NCBI GenBank assembly: GCA_033764955.1
Contig: JANRIL010000005.1
Coordinates: forward strand, 32,001-96,000
Length of the DNA stretch: 64,000 nt
DNA from: Cyanobacteriota bacterium
GTDB taxonomy: Bacteria > Cyanobacteriota > Cyanobacteriia > Thermostichales > Thermostichaceae
Reading direction: 5' to 3'
The position numbers were made by a program, and so were the translations under genes. Of the stretch, positions 41,845-53,026 are shown in pieces. The notes under the pieces were generated by a model. The model worked only from the letters and a program-made list of their open reading frames with translations. It was not told the DNA's origin and did not search any database. Within the stretch, counting starts at the first letter, position 1. Every line of letters begins with the position of its first letter.

Positions 41845-42547
41845 AGGGTTCCTTCTTGGGGGATTCTAGGGAGGATGGGTAGGGTTGGGATCCGGTGGGG
41901 GGAGGCACATAGCCCTGGGAACGCCGCTCAAAGTATTGACGATGGAACAGTTCCAGTTGTCCGCCATATTCTTGAATCTTGGACAGTTGCCGCACATAAA
42001 GCGAGCGAAAAATATTGGCAATAAACACCGTGGGCAAGGCCACGATCAGCCCTCCCGCTGTGGAGTAGAGCGCTTCTGCAATCCCACTCCCCACCCCTTG
42101 GGTGTCGGTACTGCCGATGTCCCCCAATTCAATGGATCCTAACGTGGTGATAATACCCGTCACGGTGCCAAACAAACCCAGTAGCGGGGCCAGGGTGATC
42201 ACCGTATCAAATACGGTATTGAAACGCTTGAGCAAAGGAATTTCTGCGGCTAGGGCTGTTTCGAGGGACAGGCGAAAATCTTCGGGAGGGGCATCGTTAA
42301 TTTCCAAACCCGCCATAAAAATTCGTGCAATCGGCAGATCAGCGTTTTGCTCCAACTTAAACAAAGCCGCCCGTGGATTGCGGTGATAGATCGCCAAACA
42401 CTCCCGCACCACCTGCTCCTGCCGCCGAGTGATTTTTTGCCAAAATAGGGCACGTTCAATACTACAGGCCACTGAAAAGATGGACAGTAGCAGGAGGGGC
42501 ACTGCGTAGTACCAGCCTGTTATAAATTGCTCACGGAGTACATCCAT
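41819..42547 (-). CDS. exbB: ExbB/TolQ family protein
   Basis: APLLGLFGTVTG, GIAEALYSTAGGL. Confidence 0.88.
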   Translation of the reverse strand: MDVLREQFITGWYYAVPLLLLSIFSVACSIERALFWQKITRRQEQVVRECLAIYHRNPRAALFKLEQNADLPIARIFMAGLEINDAPPEDFRLSLETALAAEIPLLKRFNTVFDTVITLAPLLGLFGTVTGIITTLGSIELGDIGSTDTQGVGSGIAEALYSTAGGLIVALPTVFIANIFRSLYVRQLSKIQEYGGQLELFHRQYFERRSQGYVPPPTGSQPYPSSLESPKKEPYANPGREF

Positions 42548-42828
42548 TGGTTTTCTTCACCCTCCAACCACAATGGTTCAGCTATTTGACTTTAACTCTC
42601 AATAAACACTCGATCAATCAAAAGATCTTGGCTGCTTGGCCTCATCTGGCTCATCCTGTCATAACACTTTCTCTGGATTCCAGGAACAGGCGGATGCGCC
42701 AGCTTTGCTTCCTCCCTTCGCACAGGGAGGGCTGGATCGTTGCCTCCCTTCATGGGCAGAGCGGTAGGAATTTCCCCCAATCAGGTTTATCGTGGAGTGG
42801 CATGGCTAGGCACTAGGTTAGGGGAATT

Positions 42829-44160
42829 GTGGTTTATAACATTGGACTGCTGGGATTGGGAACCGTGGGATCCGGGGTGGTGCAGATCCTCCAGACACCT
42901 CAGCAGCGTCACCGCTTGATTGCCTCCATGCAGATCAGTCGGGTGGCGGTACGCTCGTTAGATAAACCCAGAGACGTCGGGATCCCAGCCTCCCTGTTGA
43001 CGATCCATCCCGAAAAAGTGGTCACGGATCCGGAGATCGATATCGTTGTGGAGTTGATGGGGGGTCTGGAACCCGCCCGCAGTCTGATTTTGCAAGCGAT
43101 CCAGGCAGGCAAGCATGTGGTGACTGCCAATAAAGCTGTGATCGCTCGCTACGGAGCCGAGATTTTTCGAGCGGCGGAAGCGAGGGGGGTTTATGTGTTG
43201 CTAGAGGGAGCAGTCGGGGGAGGGATCCCGATTATTCAATCCTTGAGCCAGTCTTTAGCCGCCAATCGCCTGCAATCGATTCAAGGCATCATCAACGGCA
43301 CCACCAATTTTATCTTGAGCCAGATGAGCCAGTCTCAGACCTCCTACGAGGAGGCATTGCAGATAGCCCAGCAACGCGGCTATGCGGAAGCGGATCCCAC
43401 GGCGGATGTGGACGGCTGGGATGCCGTGGATAAAATTGCCATTTTGGCGAGTTTGGGATTCAGTGCCCAGATTGACCGCGACGCCATTCTATGTGAGGGG
43501 ATCCGGTCGGTGACGGATGCCGATATTCGCTATGCCCGTGAGTGGGGGTTTGTCATTAAGTTGTTAGGGATAGCCCAACGGTATCAGCCGACAGCCGGAG
43601 CGGGGGGAGACTCCTCCGCCATTCTGGATGTGCGAGTTCATCCGGCGCTGTTGCCCCTCTCTCATCCCTTAGCCAGCGTGCATCAAGTGGATAACGCCAT
43701 TTTGGTGCAGGGGGATCCGCTTGGGCAGGTGATGCTGGTGGGGCCAGGAGCGGGGCGGGGAGCAACGGCGAGTGCGGTTGTCTCGGATCTGCTGCTGCTG
43801 CTAGCTCAGCTACCAACCACCCCATCCCTTTCCAACCCTCTCTTGCGTTTTCCTGTCCCACAAGCGGTGGTCTTGCAGAAACGGGAGGACTGGCGTTCTG
43901 AGTTTTATGTGCGCTTGATTGCCCAGGATCAGCCGGGGGTGATTGGGGTGATTGGCAGTGCCTTTGGCCGCTGGGGGGTCAGCCTGGAGTGCATCATGCA
44001 AAAGGCATCCCATGAGGCGACCGCTGAGATTGTCATCCTCACCCACACCGTTTCGGAAGCTAACTTTCAGCAGGCAATTGAGCAAATTCGTCAGCAGGAG
44101 TTGATCCTGTCGATTGCTTCCGTGTTGCGGGTGCAACGGGAAGTGGTGGCCGATTACTAG
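42829..44160 (+). CDS. hom: Homoserine dehydrogenase
   Basis: GLGTVG, VVTANK, GYAEADPTADV, C-terminal ACT domain. Confidence 0.95.
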   Translation: MVYNIGLLGLGTVGSGVVQILQTPQQRHRLIASMQISRVAVRSLDKPRDVGIPASLLTIHPEKVVTDPEIDIVVELMGGLEPARSLILQAIQAGKHVVTANKAVIARYGAEIFRAAEARGVYVLLEGAVGGGIPIIQSLSQSLAANRLQSIQGIINGTTNFILSQMSQSQTSYEEALQIAQQRGYAEADPTADVDGWDAVDKIAILASLGFSAQIDRDAILCEGIRSVTDADIRYAREWGFVIKLLGIAQRYQPTAGAGGDSSAILDVRVHPALLPLSHPLASVHQVDNAILVQGDPLGQVMLVGPGAGRGATASAVVSDLLLLLAQLPTTPSLSNPLLRFPVPQAVVLQKREDWRSEFYVRLIAQDQPGVIGVIGSAFGRWGVSLECIMQKASHEATAEIVILTHTVSEANFQQAIEQIRQQELILSIASVLRVQREVVADY

Positions 44161-44181
44161 CGGAGGTGAAGGGTTGCTCGA

Positions 44182-46092
44182 TCACGACCCAGGCTGGCAA
44201 GCGGAGGGGGGGACATCCAAGCTGGGATTAGCATCGAAAAAGCCGACGGGCTTGAGCATAAAGCCGAGGCTGGCCACGGGCATGATCGGCCAGTCTTCGG
44301 GGCGGGGAATATGATGATGCCCAAAGCTATACCAAAGGACAAGATTGGTTGATTCCAGAGAGCGGTTGGCTGCGCTCCATTCGGGGATCCCGGCACCACC
44401 AGGGTGCTGATTGGGATAATCGCCGGATGGGTAGCGCTGATCGGGATGATAGGGGGTAGCCCAGAGGTGGCGGGTCATGAAGGCAGCCCGCTTCAGGATG
44501 GGGGCATCCGGTTGGGCAAAGGGTAGGGCATTTTCGCCGGGAACCAGTTTGTAGGCCACTGCTTGCCCCAAGCGGTTGTGAACATGGGGGTTGACCACCT
44601 TCCAATAGCGGCAACTCAAGGGATCCACCAAGCGTTGGGCAGACTGTTCGCTGGGCAGCAGGGTTGATTGAGCCAGGAAGGCATTGCCATAGGGATTGGC
44701 CGCCCCGGCGGGGGCAGCAACGGTGTTCACTTCGTAGAGGGAATTTTCGTTGCCATCCACCTGCATATCCAGGCGGGCACAAAAGAAATGTTGATGAACA
44801 AGGGCATTCAGTTGGGGTGCCACCAAGCTGCCGTAGAGAGGATCCTCTGCGGGCAAAGCGGCGGCGGGCAGCAAAATTCCCGTCAGCTTCACCTCCAGTT
44901 GCAGGCTGCCATCCTGATAAAAATACCAGTAGAAACCATATTCATAGTTATCGACTGTGGTGATGAAAGAAATGACTAGCCGCCGCGAACGGCGAACTTC
45001 CGTGTGGTGATTCCGCCAGTCGGTGTGTTTCCAGAGTAGTCCGGCGTCTTCTTCGTGCAGGCAGATAGCCTGGGGAATGATGGATAGGTCGCCGCGGCTA
45101 TCGGTCATCACGGCATCAAAATAAGTAATGTCCCCCAGACAATCGCAGCCCAATTTCAGACTATTGGCTAAGGCTCCAATGCCATGCTCCCCCACATCAA
45201 AGGCATTTTTGCGGAAATGTTGGGGTCGGGGATCCCCGTAGGGCACAACCATTTCAGCAATGGAGGCGCGATAGATAATCGGACGTTGCCGCCCCTGATC
45301 TTGATAGCTGATGGTGTGTAGGACTAAGCCCTCCCGTGGGGTAAAGCCGACGCGAAACTGCCAGCGCTGCCAGGAAACCTGATAGCCCTCCACCCGAAAA
45401 CTGGGGCCTTGCGGCTGCACAATGTGTAAGGGTTTGAGATCCTCCCGAAACTGAGGCATAAAAGCCGCCGCATAGTTGCCCGCTTCGGGGGGAATCGGTA
45501 CGACCCCATAGTCCTCAATGCGAATCACCTGCATTCGATTCAAATCGACAACGGGAATCAGACCCTCAATCGGACGGGCATAGCCATTGCTGCCGGGACT
45601 ATGGCGTAGCCAGCACAGGGCACGCGCCAGCCGGATCCCCACCTCCTCAGCCAACCCAAAGTTCCCCACCGCCCAGGGATCCACCATCACCAGATCAAGG
45701 TCGTGGATGCCCCGCTCCTGCAATTTCTCCCGAAAGTGGGCGTCTGCCTTGACTGCCTGTTCACATTCCGCCAATTCATCGGCCATGATGTTGGGCTGTA
45801 CCCCAGGAATGTTCTGCCAGGAAGTGACCGCCTGTTGGGTGAGGGAAACCACAGCTTCATAGGTTGAGCCAGTGGCGTTATCCAAAAGGATCAGAAAAGC
45901 CTGCCGCTCGCTGGCCTGCCCCGCTTGAAAGGCTTGCACCAGGGATTTGGGGGGTTCCTGCAGCACCACCGTGGCAAAGCGGAACTGGGATCCAACGGCG
46001 CGTTGTTCTCTTAGAATCTGAACTGCCAAAGCTACTTCAGCGGGGGAGAGGGGATCGAGGGGATGGGCAAAGGGAGGGAGGGGATGGGGCAT
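44182..46092 (-). CDS. tynA: Copper-containing primary amine oxidase
   Basis: TVDNYEY TPQ consensus, HQH Cu ligands, H.PRPEDWP. Confidence 0.93.
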   Translation of the reverse strand: MPHPLPPFAHPLDPLSPAEVALAVQILREQRAVGSQFRFATVVLQEPPKSLVQAFQAGQASERQAFLILLDNATGSTYEAVVSLTQQAVTSWQNIPGVQPNIMADELAECEQAVKADAHFREKLQERGIHDLDLVMVDPWAVGNFGLAEEVGIRLARALCWLRHSPGSNGYARPIEGLIPVVDLNRMQVIRIEDYGVVPIPPEAGNYAAAFMPQFREDLKPLHIVQPQGPSFRVEGYQVSWQRWQFRVGFTPREGLVLHTISYQDQGRQRPIIYRASIAEMVVPYGDPRPQHFRKNAFDVGEHGIGALANSLKLGCDCLGDITYFDAVMTDSRGDLSIIPQAICLHEEDAGLLWKHTDWRNHHTEVRRSRRLVISFITTVDNYEYGFYWYFYQDGSLQLEVKLTGILLPAAALPAEDPLYGSLVAPQLNALVHQHFFCARLDMQVDGNENSLYEVNTVAAPAGAANPYGNAFLAQSTLLPSEQSAQRLVDPLSCRYWKVVNPHVHNRLGQAVAYKLVPGENALPFAQPDAPILKRAAFMTRHLWATPYHPDQRYPSGDYPNQHPGGAGIPEWSAANRSLESTNLVLWYSFGHHHIPRPEDWPIMPVASLGFMLKPVGFFDANPSLDVPPSACQPGS

Positions 46093-46162
46093 AGCAAGCA
46101 ATGACCAGTGGACAAAAATTACCCCCAAATCTTAGCGTTAGGGGGCTGGGAGCGGATGGCCG

Positions 46163-47101
46163 ATGACAGGATTAATTGTGGTGTGTGGCCCGACGGCTAC
46201 GGGCAAATCGGATCAGGCGCTGCGGCTTGCCCAAAAATTGGCATCCCCGATCATCGGAGCCGACTCCCGACAAATTTATCGAGACTTTAATATTGGCACT
46301 GCCAAACCTTCTCCCCAGCAGTTGGCCGCTTGGCCTCATTATTTGATTGATTGGGTGGATCCGCGAGAGACGGTTACGCTGGCGGAGTATCAACGGGAGG
46401 CTAGTCGGATCATCCAAGCCACCCAAGCCCAAGGAAGGATCCCGATTGTGGTGGGGGGGACGGGGTTGTATATCCAATCGATTACCGCCGGCCTACAAAT
46501 TCCCGCCGTCCCTCCCCAGCCGGATCTGCGGGCGCAGTTACAAAGCCTGCCCCAGTCTCTTTGTTATGCCTATCTACAACAGGTGGATCCACAGGCCGCC
46601 AACAGGATTCACCCCCACGATGGCGTGCGTACCCTGCGCTCCCTAGAGGTGTATTACACAACTGGGCAACCCCTCTCCCGTCTGCAAGGTTGGCAACCAC
46701 CGGACTATCCGATCCTCTGGCTGGGGTTGACCTCTGCCAAGCCGGATCTGGACAAGCGCATTCGGCAACGGGTGGCTGCGATGATGGAGCAGGGCTGGAT
46801 CGAAGAGGTGATGGAGTTGCAAGCACGCTACGGTCGGGATCTGCCGTTGCTGCAAACCCTGGGCTATGGGGAAATTGGGCAGTATTTAGCAGGCGGGATC
46901 CCCCAGCGGGATCTGGAGCCTCTGATTGGGCAGCACACCCGTCAATTGGCTAAACGGCAACTCACCTGGTTTCGGCGAGTGCCAGCGATCCACTGGTTCG
47001 ACTGCCAAGATCCCCATCTGGAGGAGCAGATGACGGCACGAGTTGAGCAGTTTTTCGATCAGCAGGGCTGGTCGATGTCGAACGATCCAAATAAAGGTTA
47101 A
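46163..47101 (+). CDS. miaA: tRNA dimethylallyltransferase
   Basis: GPTATGKS, DSRQIY, IGTAKP, GGTGLY, AKRQLTWF. Confidence 0.96.
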   Translation: MTGLIVVCGPTATGKSDQALRLAQKLASPIIGADSRQIYRDFNIGTAKPSPQQLAAWPHYLIDWVDPRETVTLAEYQREASRIIQATQAQGRIPIVVGGTGLYIQSITAGLQIPAVPPQPDLRAQLQSLPQSLCYAYLQQVDPQAANRIHPHDGVRTLRSLEVYYTTGQPLSRLQGWQPPDYPILWLGLTSAKPDLDKRIRQRVAAMMEQGWIEEVMELQARYGRDLPLLQTLGYGEIGQYLAGGIPQRDLEPLIGQHTRQLAKRQLTWFRRVPAIHWFDCQDPHLEEQMTARVEQFFDQQGWSMSNDPNKG

Positions 47102-47143
47102 ATGGTGGGGTGGAACGGCTCATCATTCTCAGGAGTGTCATCG

Positions 47144-47689
47144 GTGGAGCGGCAACCCCTCGATCTGAAAACCCGTATTGGTCGGATCCCCGATTTTCCC
47201 AAACCGGGGATTGTCTTTCGGGATATCACCCCCCTGCTAGGGGATCCCGTCAGCCTGCGGGTAACGGTGGAACAGTTGGCTGATTCCTATGCCGATGTGA
47301 CTTTGGACGCGGTGGTAGGTATCGAATCGCGGGGATTTATTTTGGGAGCTAGCTTGGCCTACCACCTGGGGGTGGGGTTTATTCCGGTACGCAAGCCGGG
47401 GAAGCTGCCCCCACCCGTCTTCAGTCAACGCTATAGCCTGGAATATGGAACCGATCAGTTGGAGTTACGTACCGACAGCCTAGCCCCTGGTCAGCAGGTG
47501 ATCATTGTGGATGATCTGATGGCTACGGGAGGAACCGCCGCCGCCACCGCGCTACTGGTGGAACAAGCCGGAGCACATCTGCGGGGGTTTGGCTTTGTGA
47601 TTGAATTAAGCTTTTTGCAAGGTCGCCAACAGTTGCCGGCAGGGATCCCTATCACCAGCTTGATTGACTATGCCACCCCTGACGAGTAA
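47144..47689 (+). CDS. apt: Adenine phosphoribosyltransferase
   Basis: [22 protein letters not shown]. Confidence 0.95.
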   Translation: MERQPLDLKTRIGRIPDFPKPGIVFRDITPLLGDPVSLRVTVEQLADSYADVTLDAVVGIESRGFILGASLAYHLGVGFIPVRKPGKLPPPVFSQRYSLEYGTDQLELRTDSLAPGQQVIIVDDLMATGGTAAATALLVEQAGAHLRGFGFVIELSFLQGRQQLPAGIPITSLIDYATPDE

Positions 47690-47760
47690 AAATACACTAC
47701 CTCACTGGACTCCGTGAAGGTAGATTAACCAGGGAGATGGACTGGCTTAGACAGGGAAGA

Positions 47761-47843
47761 TGCGGAACCGGGGACTTGAACCCCGAAGGCATTGCTGCCA
47801 CTAGAACCTGAATCTAGCGCGTCTACCATTCCGCCAGTTCCGC
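47761..47843 (-). tRNA. trnL: tRNA-Leu(CAG)
   Basis: GCGGAAC/GTTCCGC acceptor stem, TT-CAG-GT loop, long variable arm. Confidence 0.96.
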
Positions 47844-47941
47844 GTTCTTTAGCGATCTATGAGCATGACTGATGCTAGGCTTCCCTGTCAAGCGCATAGC
47901 TGACCAATCGCTAGCGAACCCCTCCCCTACCATCCCATGAT

Positions 47942-48718
47942 TTAGGGATTGGCAAAGCCGCCTAATGGAGATCCCTGGCTGAGATGGCTAGCCGATTGAG
48001 AAAACATCTGAAAGGCGCGGCGAATTTCCTGCTCACTGTGTCCTGGGGTCAAAATCCACTCATCGCGGATCCCCATCTCTCGAAAAACCTGGCGAAAATC
48101 AGTAGCGCCGTCGTCAATACCCATCGCGGCAATGATGTGGTTTTCCGCCCGCAGCATATCCTGTACAATAGCGGCCACATCCTGAGCGGTAGAGTGGTAG
48201 GATCCGGCATCCCCGCCATCCGTAATAATTAGGGTCACGGTTCGCACCGGCACGCCATTATCGCTAAATTCTTGAGATTTGGCGAGAACTGTGCCCAACA
48301 AAATGACGGTTTGATCGTAGAGCGGTGTGCCCAAATTGGGATCATAGTTTTGCGTATTCATGCGAACCGCTTGACCCAAAGGACAATAAGGAAAGAGGAC
48401 AAAACCATTCAGATAGCGGGTATGAACCAGCATGTGATCCTGTTGTTTGGAGGCTGTCAGGGCATCCAAAACGGAATTATGGCCACCTCGCACGGCTTGG
48501 ACATTGCCGCTAAACCGAATGGATCCCGAATCATCCGGCATCATCGTGACCAAAACCACATCACTAGCCGTTACCTGATCAACAGAAATACCCAAACCCG
48601 CTTGAATTTGAGCACCAATATCGATCACATTCAAAGCTTGCAGAGAAGCCGATGAGAGGATCCCTTCATTCTGGGCATTTTGAAAAAGATCCTGAATATT
48701 GGGGGTCGATAAACTCAT
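47942..48718 (-). CDS. vWA-like (TerY/YegL-like) protein
   Basis: DDSGSI MIDAS, GTPLYD, IITDG. Confidence 0.75.
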   Translation of the reverse strand: MSLSTPNIQDLFQNAQNEGILSSASLQALNVIDIGAQIQAGLGISVDQVTASDVVLVTMMPDDSGSIRFSGNVQAVRGGHNSVLDALTASKQQDHMLVHTRYLNGFVLFPYCPLGQAVRMNTQNYDPNLGTPLYDQTVILLGTVLAKSQEFSDNGVPVRTVTLIITDGGDAGSYHSTAQDVAAIVQDMLRAENHIIAAMGIDDGATDFRQVFREMGIRDEWILTPGHSEQEIRRAFQMFSQSASHLSQGSPLGGFANP

Positions 48719-48877
48719 GAGTTAGCTCCTTAAGGGTAGAGAGAAATAATTGGTGAAAAGGGATCCCTAGAGGCTGCCGTGGGTAAGGGATCCCATAGAC
48801 AGAATCCTTCATGATCCAGTCTAAAAAAGGGCAAGCAGCAGCCTTAAGTTATATTTTTGACAAACTTTGTTGATGGT

Positions 48878-49927
48878 TTAGCCAGGAAAACCAGGCCAAC
48901 TAGCGATGGGATCCGTCGATTTCACGATATACATACCCGCATCGGCAAATCGTTGGAAAGCAGCATCCGCTTGATCGGTAAAATCAATCACTCCAGGTAC
49001 TACAACCGGAGAGGTACAATCCTCCAAAAGATAAACTTTACGAGCTAACTGGGGATCTTGTGCCAAAATCTCTGTCAATAGATCATCAATCGTCCAAGCT
49101 ACACAGTGACTTTTGGCCTGTCCAGCAATAATCACCGCATCAAACTCCAATAATCGCTGAATGAAACGGGTATTTTTTTGAGCAATTGGACGACCATCCG
49201 ATCCATCCAAGACTTCGGGGCGTAGAACCGAATAGTTTTCGGTTAACGGATTTCCTCCCTTGATCTCAAAGTTGGTCTGGCTATGGCGGGCAATGGCATG
49301 AAAGAAGATAGCTTCTTCCACAGCAGAAACAAGAGCATGACCAATACCACCTAACATAGAGTGATAAGGCCAAACTGTCAGGGGATATTTTCCTTCATCA
49401 CTCAGTTTTTTGGCATAGTGGATAGCATGATTTTGTAAGGCCATATAGTTTCCTCTTGCCAAACTATAGGCAACAGCTGGATTGACTTTCCATACGCCCT
49501 TTTGCACATCCTCTAGGGTGATCATAGTGGCTGCCGGAATAGGATGTTCACCCGCATCATTCACCCAAAAAATAGGGTGAAAAATCTGCATGGTTGTATG
49601 GGTATCCATCGTCGGGGCAATTTCGCTAATAGAGGCCAGATTCTTGTAGATAAACTCGCACAAACGGCGGTTATCGTCGATAGCTCCGGTGCCAGAACGC
49701 CCCCCCACGTACAATTCAAAATCGGGGAGACAGAAGGTGTTTTGAGCATCAATCACCATCAGGCAAATGCGGGTTTTATCTTTCGCTGCTGGCGAGATCC
49801 CCATGCGTTTTGCCCAAGCTTCCGCTTCGCTGGCCCGCTGCTGATAGGGTACTCGCCACACCTGATTAACCAGATTAGGTTGAAAATGGCTGGGAATGGG
49901 AAGTGGTTGGAGAAGTGTTGTATTCAT
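48878..49927 (-). CDS. Large nicotinamidase/isochorismatase-family cysteine hydrolase
   Basis: VIDAQNTF, DTH, WPYH, IKG, AGQAKSHCV (D-K-C triad). Confidence 0.82.
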   Translation of the reverse strand: MNTTLLQPLPIPSHFQPNLVNQVWRVPYQQRASEAEAWAKRMGISPAAKDKTRICLMVIDAQNTFCLPDFELYVGGRSGTGAIDDNRRLCEFIYKNLASISEIAPTMDTHTTMQIFHPIFWVNDAGEHPIPAATMITLEDVQKGVWKVNPAVAYSLARGNYMALQNHAIHYAKKLSDEGKYPLTVWPYHSMLGGIGHALVSAVEEAIFFHAIARHSQTNFEIKGGNPLTENYSVLRPEVLDGSDGRPIAQKNTRFIQRLLEFDAVIIAGQAKSHCVAWTIDDLLTEILAQDPQLARKVYLLEDCTSPVVVPGVIDFTDQADAAFQRFADAGMYIVKSTDPIASWPGFPG

Positions 49928-50001
49928 GGTTAAAAGTGGGGTAAAGAAAAGATCGGTGAATTGTTGATGGGCAATCAAAACTGAAGTGTGGATAGATGAA
50001 A

Positions 50002-51924
50002 TTAGGAGCTATCCATTTTTAGCAACTGAATATGTTGGGCTTGCACAACGTATAATCCCTGAGAACAGGCCAATAGTGAGCAGTCCTGCTGAACAAATGG
50101 CTCCGTATCAGAAAATGTCTGGGTCACTCGTAAGTAAGTTTGATCCGGTTCGACACGAACAATTCCTTCGTCAATGGCAACGAAAAGCATAGCACCATTG
50201 GCCACTTTGCCTCCCAACGATCCCAGCCAACTGCCATCTCCTTTTTCCGCTTCAGCCATCGCCAGAAGGGATCCTTTCTGATTGATCAGAAAAGCTTGAT
50301 GAAGCACTTTTCCTTGCGTGGCATGGGCTACTAAAAACCAACAATGAGTGGGGCTAAAATAACAACCCATTTCTAGCAGTTTCCCCACTATTCGTGGAAT
50401 TTTTATCTGATCATTAATTCCACGCCGCTCCACATCAAATAGGAATGCACACTGTAAATCAGCCGCCTGATAAAATCCAAAACCAAAATGGGATCCCACC
50501 CAAATCTGGGTTTGTTGAGCCAAGACATCACCGATGTAAAAGGATCCAAACTGCCCATGCAATAATGGCTCATCCCGCCATAATTTTCCTTGATCGATCC
50601 AATAATGGTGATGGGTATTGACTGCCAATCCTGGCTGAAAAGTCGCGCTATCAATGGAGAGCCGTAAGGGATCCCGTTGCAGAGATAATCCAATGGCGAG
50701 CTGATCTTGAACAATCCAGGTTTGTTTGGGTTGCAGGTAAAAGTGGGCAGGAATGCGTTGCTCAGATAACAAGACCACCGATCCATCTTCCCGTTGAAAT
50801 TTTCCCGATTGGTAACTGAGCCATTGCAGTTGATCCTGATGAACGGCTGCTGCCACAATCAATCCTGTTGTTTGGGTAACTTGCGTGGCAATCACTCGAC
50901 CTTTTACCCGAATGACTTGAGCGATCGATCCTGGTAAAACACAGTGAGGACAACAATGGCGAGCATGTTCTGTCTGACAAGTTGGGCAGGTTTGCCACTT
51001 CAGGTTTTGCAGTAATGCTAGTGGAAAGAGACCGCGATAATCTTTCTGAAAAACCTGATGAAAATAGTTCAGTAACTCATCCGGCAGGCGCTCATAGGGG
51101 AGCGCAGGTTTGGGATATTTCACCTGTGGATGAAATATGGTGATGCGATGTAAAGGTCGCTGTTGGTGTGGAATAGCAGGACTACCGGTTGCGGGTTTAT
51201 AGACGCCTCCATAGGGATCCACATACAACAAGCTTTGCATGACCATAATGGTGAAAGCATACCAGTCAGATAACTGAGAATGTTGCTGTTGTAAAATCAG
51301 ACTTGTAGCTTGCGGATCACACAACAAAGGATCCACAAATTTATGGGTATAGAGGCCACAAACAAATGAATCAAACTGAAAGGAGTCGGCATCGATCAAA
51401 TAGGCTTGTTTGCCCTTAACCAAAACATTCATATCATTAAAATCACCAATCACTACATGGGCAGCGTGCAATTGATGAACGGTTTGATGTAAGTCTTGGA
51501 GAATTTCCAACATCAGGGAATGAGGGATCCCCATTTGATGGCGAAAGCTCCGTTCGGCATAACGAAATAGTCCTTCCGTGGGGTGGAGAAGGGGCATGAC
51601 ATAGCCCAAGATGGTTTGTCCGGAGGAATCAGTTACGAATGCGTTGGGAGTAATGACCTGAGTCGGCAAATGAGTAGGAAATCGTCGTAGTTTTTGCTGA
51701 TGCTCTTGCAGGCGATACTCAGCACTCTTTTGCTCAATGACAGAAGCTTGATAATCAGGATGATCCGGTTGTTTAAATAATTTGAGGACTTGTCCTTGCC
51801 CCAACCGATAAACCTCGGCTTCCCCTCCCTGTCCAATTAACTGGCTGGGTTTTAAGGAAATTTTTTTGCCATTTAGATAAAGCGGTTGCCCTATAGTTGA
51901 GAGATTCTTTTGTTTCGTGTTCAT
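50002..51924 (-). CDS. YegI/TerY-P-like Ser/Thr kinase with Zn-ribbon and beta-rich C-terminal domain
   Basis: GQGGEAEVY, VIGDFNDMNVLV, LIDADSFQ; CPTC..H...CPHC. Confidence 0.8.
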   Translation of the reverse strand: MNTKQKNLSTIGQPLYLNGKKISLKPSQLIGQGGEAEVYRLGQGQVLKLFKQPDHPDYQASVIEQKSAEYRLQEHQQKLRRFPTHLPTQVITPNAFVTDSSGQTILGYVMPLLHPTEGLFRYAERSFRHQMGIPHSLMLEILQDLHQTVHQLHAAHVVIGDFNDMNVLVKGKQAYLIDADSFQFDSFVCGLYTHKFVDPLLCDPQATSLILQQQHSQLSDWYAFTIMVMQSLLYVDPYGGVYKPATGSPAIPHQQRPLHRITIFHPQVKYPKPALPYERLPDELLNYFHQVFQKDYRGLFPLALLQNLKWQTCPTCQTEHARHCCPHCVLPGSIAQVIRVKGRVIATQVTQTTGLIVAAAVHQDQLQWLSYQSGKFQREDGSVVLLSEQRIPAHFYLQPKQTWIVQDQLAIGLSLQRDPLRLSIDSATFQPGLAVNTHHHYWIDQGKLWRDEPLLHGQFGSFYIGDVLAQQTQIWVGSHFGFGFYQAADLQCAFLFDVERRGINDQIKIPRIVGKLLEMGCYFSPTHCWFLVAHATQGKVLHQAFLINQKGSLLAMAEAEKGDGSWLGSLGGKVANGAMLFVAIDEGIVRVEPDQTYLRVTQTFSDTEPFVQQDCSLLACSQGLYVVQAQHIQLLKMDSS

Positions 51925-51937
51925 GGTTTGCTCCCGT

Positions 51938-52813
51938 TTATCCAGGTTTCTTTTGTCGCAAAACAATCAACGTTGTATCGTCGGGAAGTAATCCTGAGTG
52001 CCTGATTAACTGGCGAGCTGCCCAGTCAGGAACCGTCACATCACGGTTAATCAGATTGAGGTGACGTTGCAGCATTTGGGGGTTTTGAAAATAGCGATCT
52101 TCCTGCCAAAACTGGCTGATGAATCCGACCCGATCATGACGACCTGGCAAAGGATGATCAGCTTTGCTGAGGAGATCATTGACACCATCTGTGCCAATTA
52201 ACAATGAGTGCAGAGCTTGGGTAGGGATCACCCTCACCACTTGTATCGGATAGTGCAACCCCAATAATCCATAGCCTAAATAGGGAGGGCTATTATCTGC
52301 CTCTAAGGTCAGCACTTCATGATTTAGGATAAACACCCCATCACCTAAAGCAAATAACACACTGTGACTGGGGGTAATCACACAACCCACGAGGGTAAAT
52401 AAGAAATAATCCTGTACCATTTGTCCGCGATTTTGACCCATTAAATCAGCCAAACTAGCGATTTGTCTCAAGACTTCGCTTTGCACCCATTCCCAATCCA
52501 GCTCCCCCCATTGCAGTGCCATTGCAATCGTTTGCAGCAACAGCCGGGATCCCACTTTGGCTCCGATTTCGCTATGTTTGCTGCTGCCACATCCGTCACA
52601 AACCAGAGCAATCAAAAAATCCTCGGTTTTGAGCACCTGATAGCTGTCTTGGTTGTTGCGCCCCAGACGACGATGCTCAGTTCCTACCACCGAACCACAA
52701 GCCCATTCCAGAGGATCCCAGATCGGACGACCCTCCGCCACCGCTTTAGAATCAAAAGAACTTGCGGCTGAATCGTGCGGGTTGGGCAGGGGGGAACAGT
52801 CAAATCCAGTCAT
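51938..52813 (-). CDS. PP2C-like phosphatase (YegK/TerY-P-like)
   Basis: NNQD, VCDGCGS, GDG, GTDG, DDTT. Confidence 0.85.
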   Translation of the reverse strand: MTGFDCSPLPNPHDSAASSFDSKAVAEGRPIWDPLEWACGSVVGTEHRRLGRNNQDSYQVLKTEDFLIALVCDGCGSSKHSEIGAKVGSRLLLQTIAMALQWGELDWEWVQSEVLRQIASLADLMGQNRGQMVQDYFLFTLVGCVITPSHSVLFALGDGVFILNHEVLTLEADNSPPYLGYGLLGLHYPIQVVRVIPTQALHSLLIGTDGVNDLLSKADHPLPGRHDRVGFISQFWQEDRYFQNPQMLQRHLNLINRDVTVPDWAARQLIRHSGLLPDDTTLIVLRQKKPG

Positions 52814-52838
52814 AGTATGGGGAAGGGAGAGGATTTAT

Positions 52839-52859
52839 TTTTGGTTAAATTTACCATAA
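52839..52859. promoter_or_regulatory. Candidate NrtR box upstream of the PP2C operon
   Basis: TTTTG-GT-TAAATTT-AC-CATAA, 21-bp near-palindrome with GT-N7-AC core. Confidence 0.6.
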
Positions 52860-53026
52860 CATGCCGAATGAAGGCTGTCTAGGAGGGGAGGCAAAATCTT
52901 CCCGAGCTTTTTCCAGAAAGGCGGAATTATGGGATCTCTAGCTGCAAGCGGAGGAGATGTCTGACTGTCGCACCGATGAGGCTGAGATGCTAATTCCGTC
53001 TCATTTTTTTGAGAAATGCCTTTACT

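Noticed and set aside
42580..42630. Fur box upstream of exbB
   Set aside because: AT-rich but a poor match to the Fur consensus
47761..52813. tRNA-Leu-anchored genomic island containing the TerY-P-like operon
   Set aside because: The operon lies on the 5' side of the tRNA, no integrase or duplicated tRNA end was seen, and it carries host GGGATCCC sites
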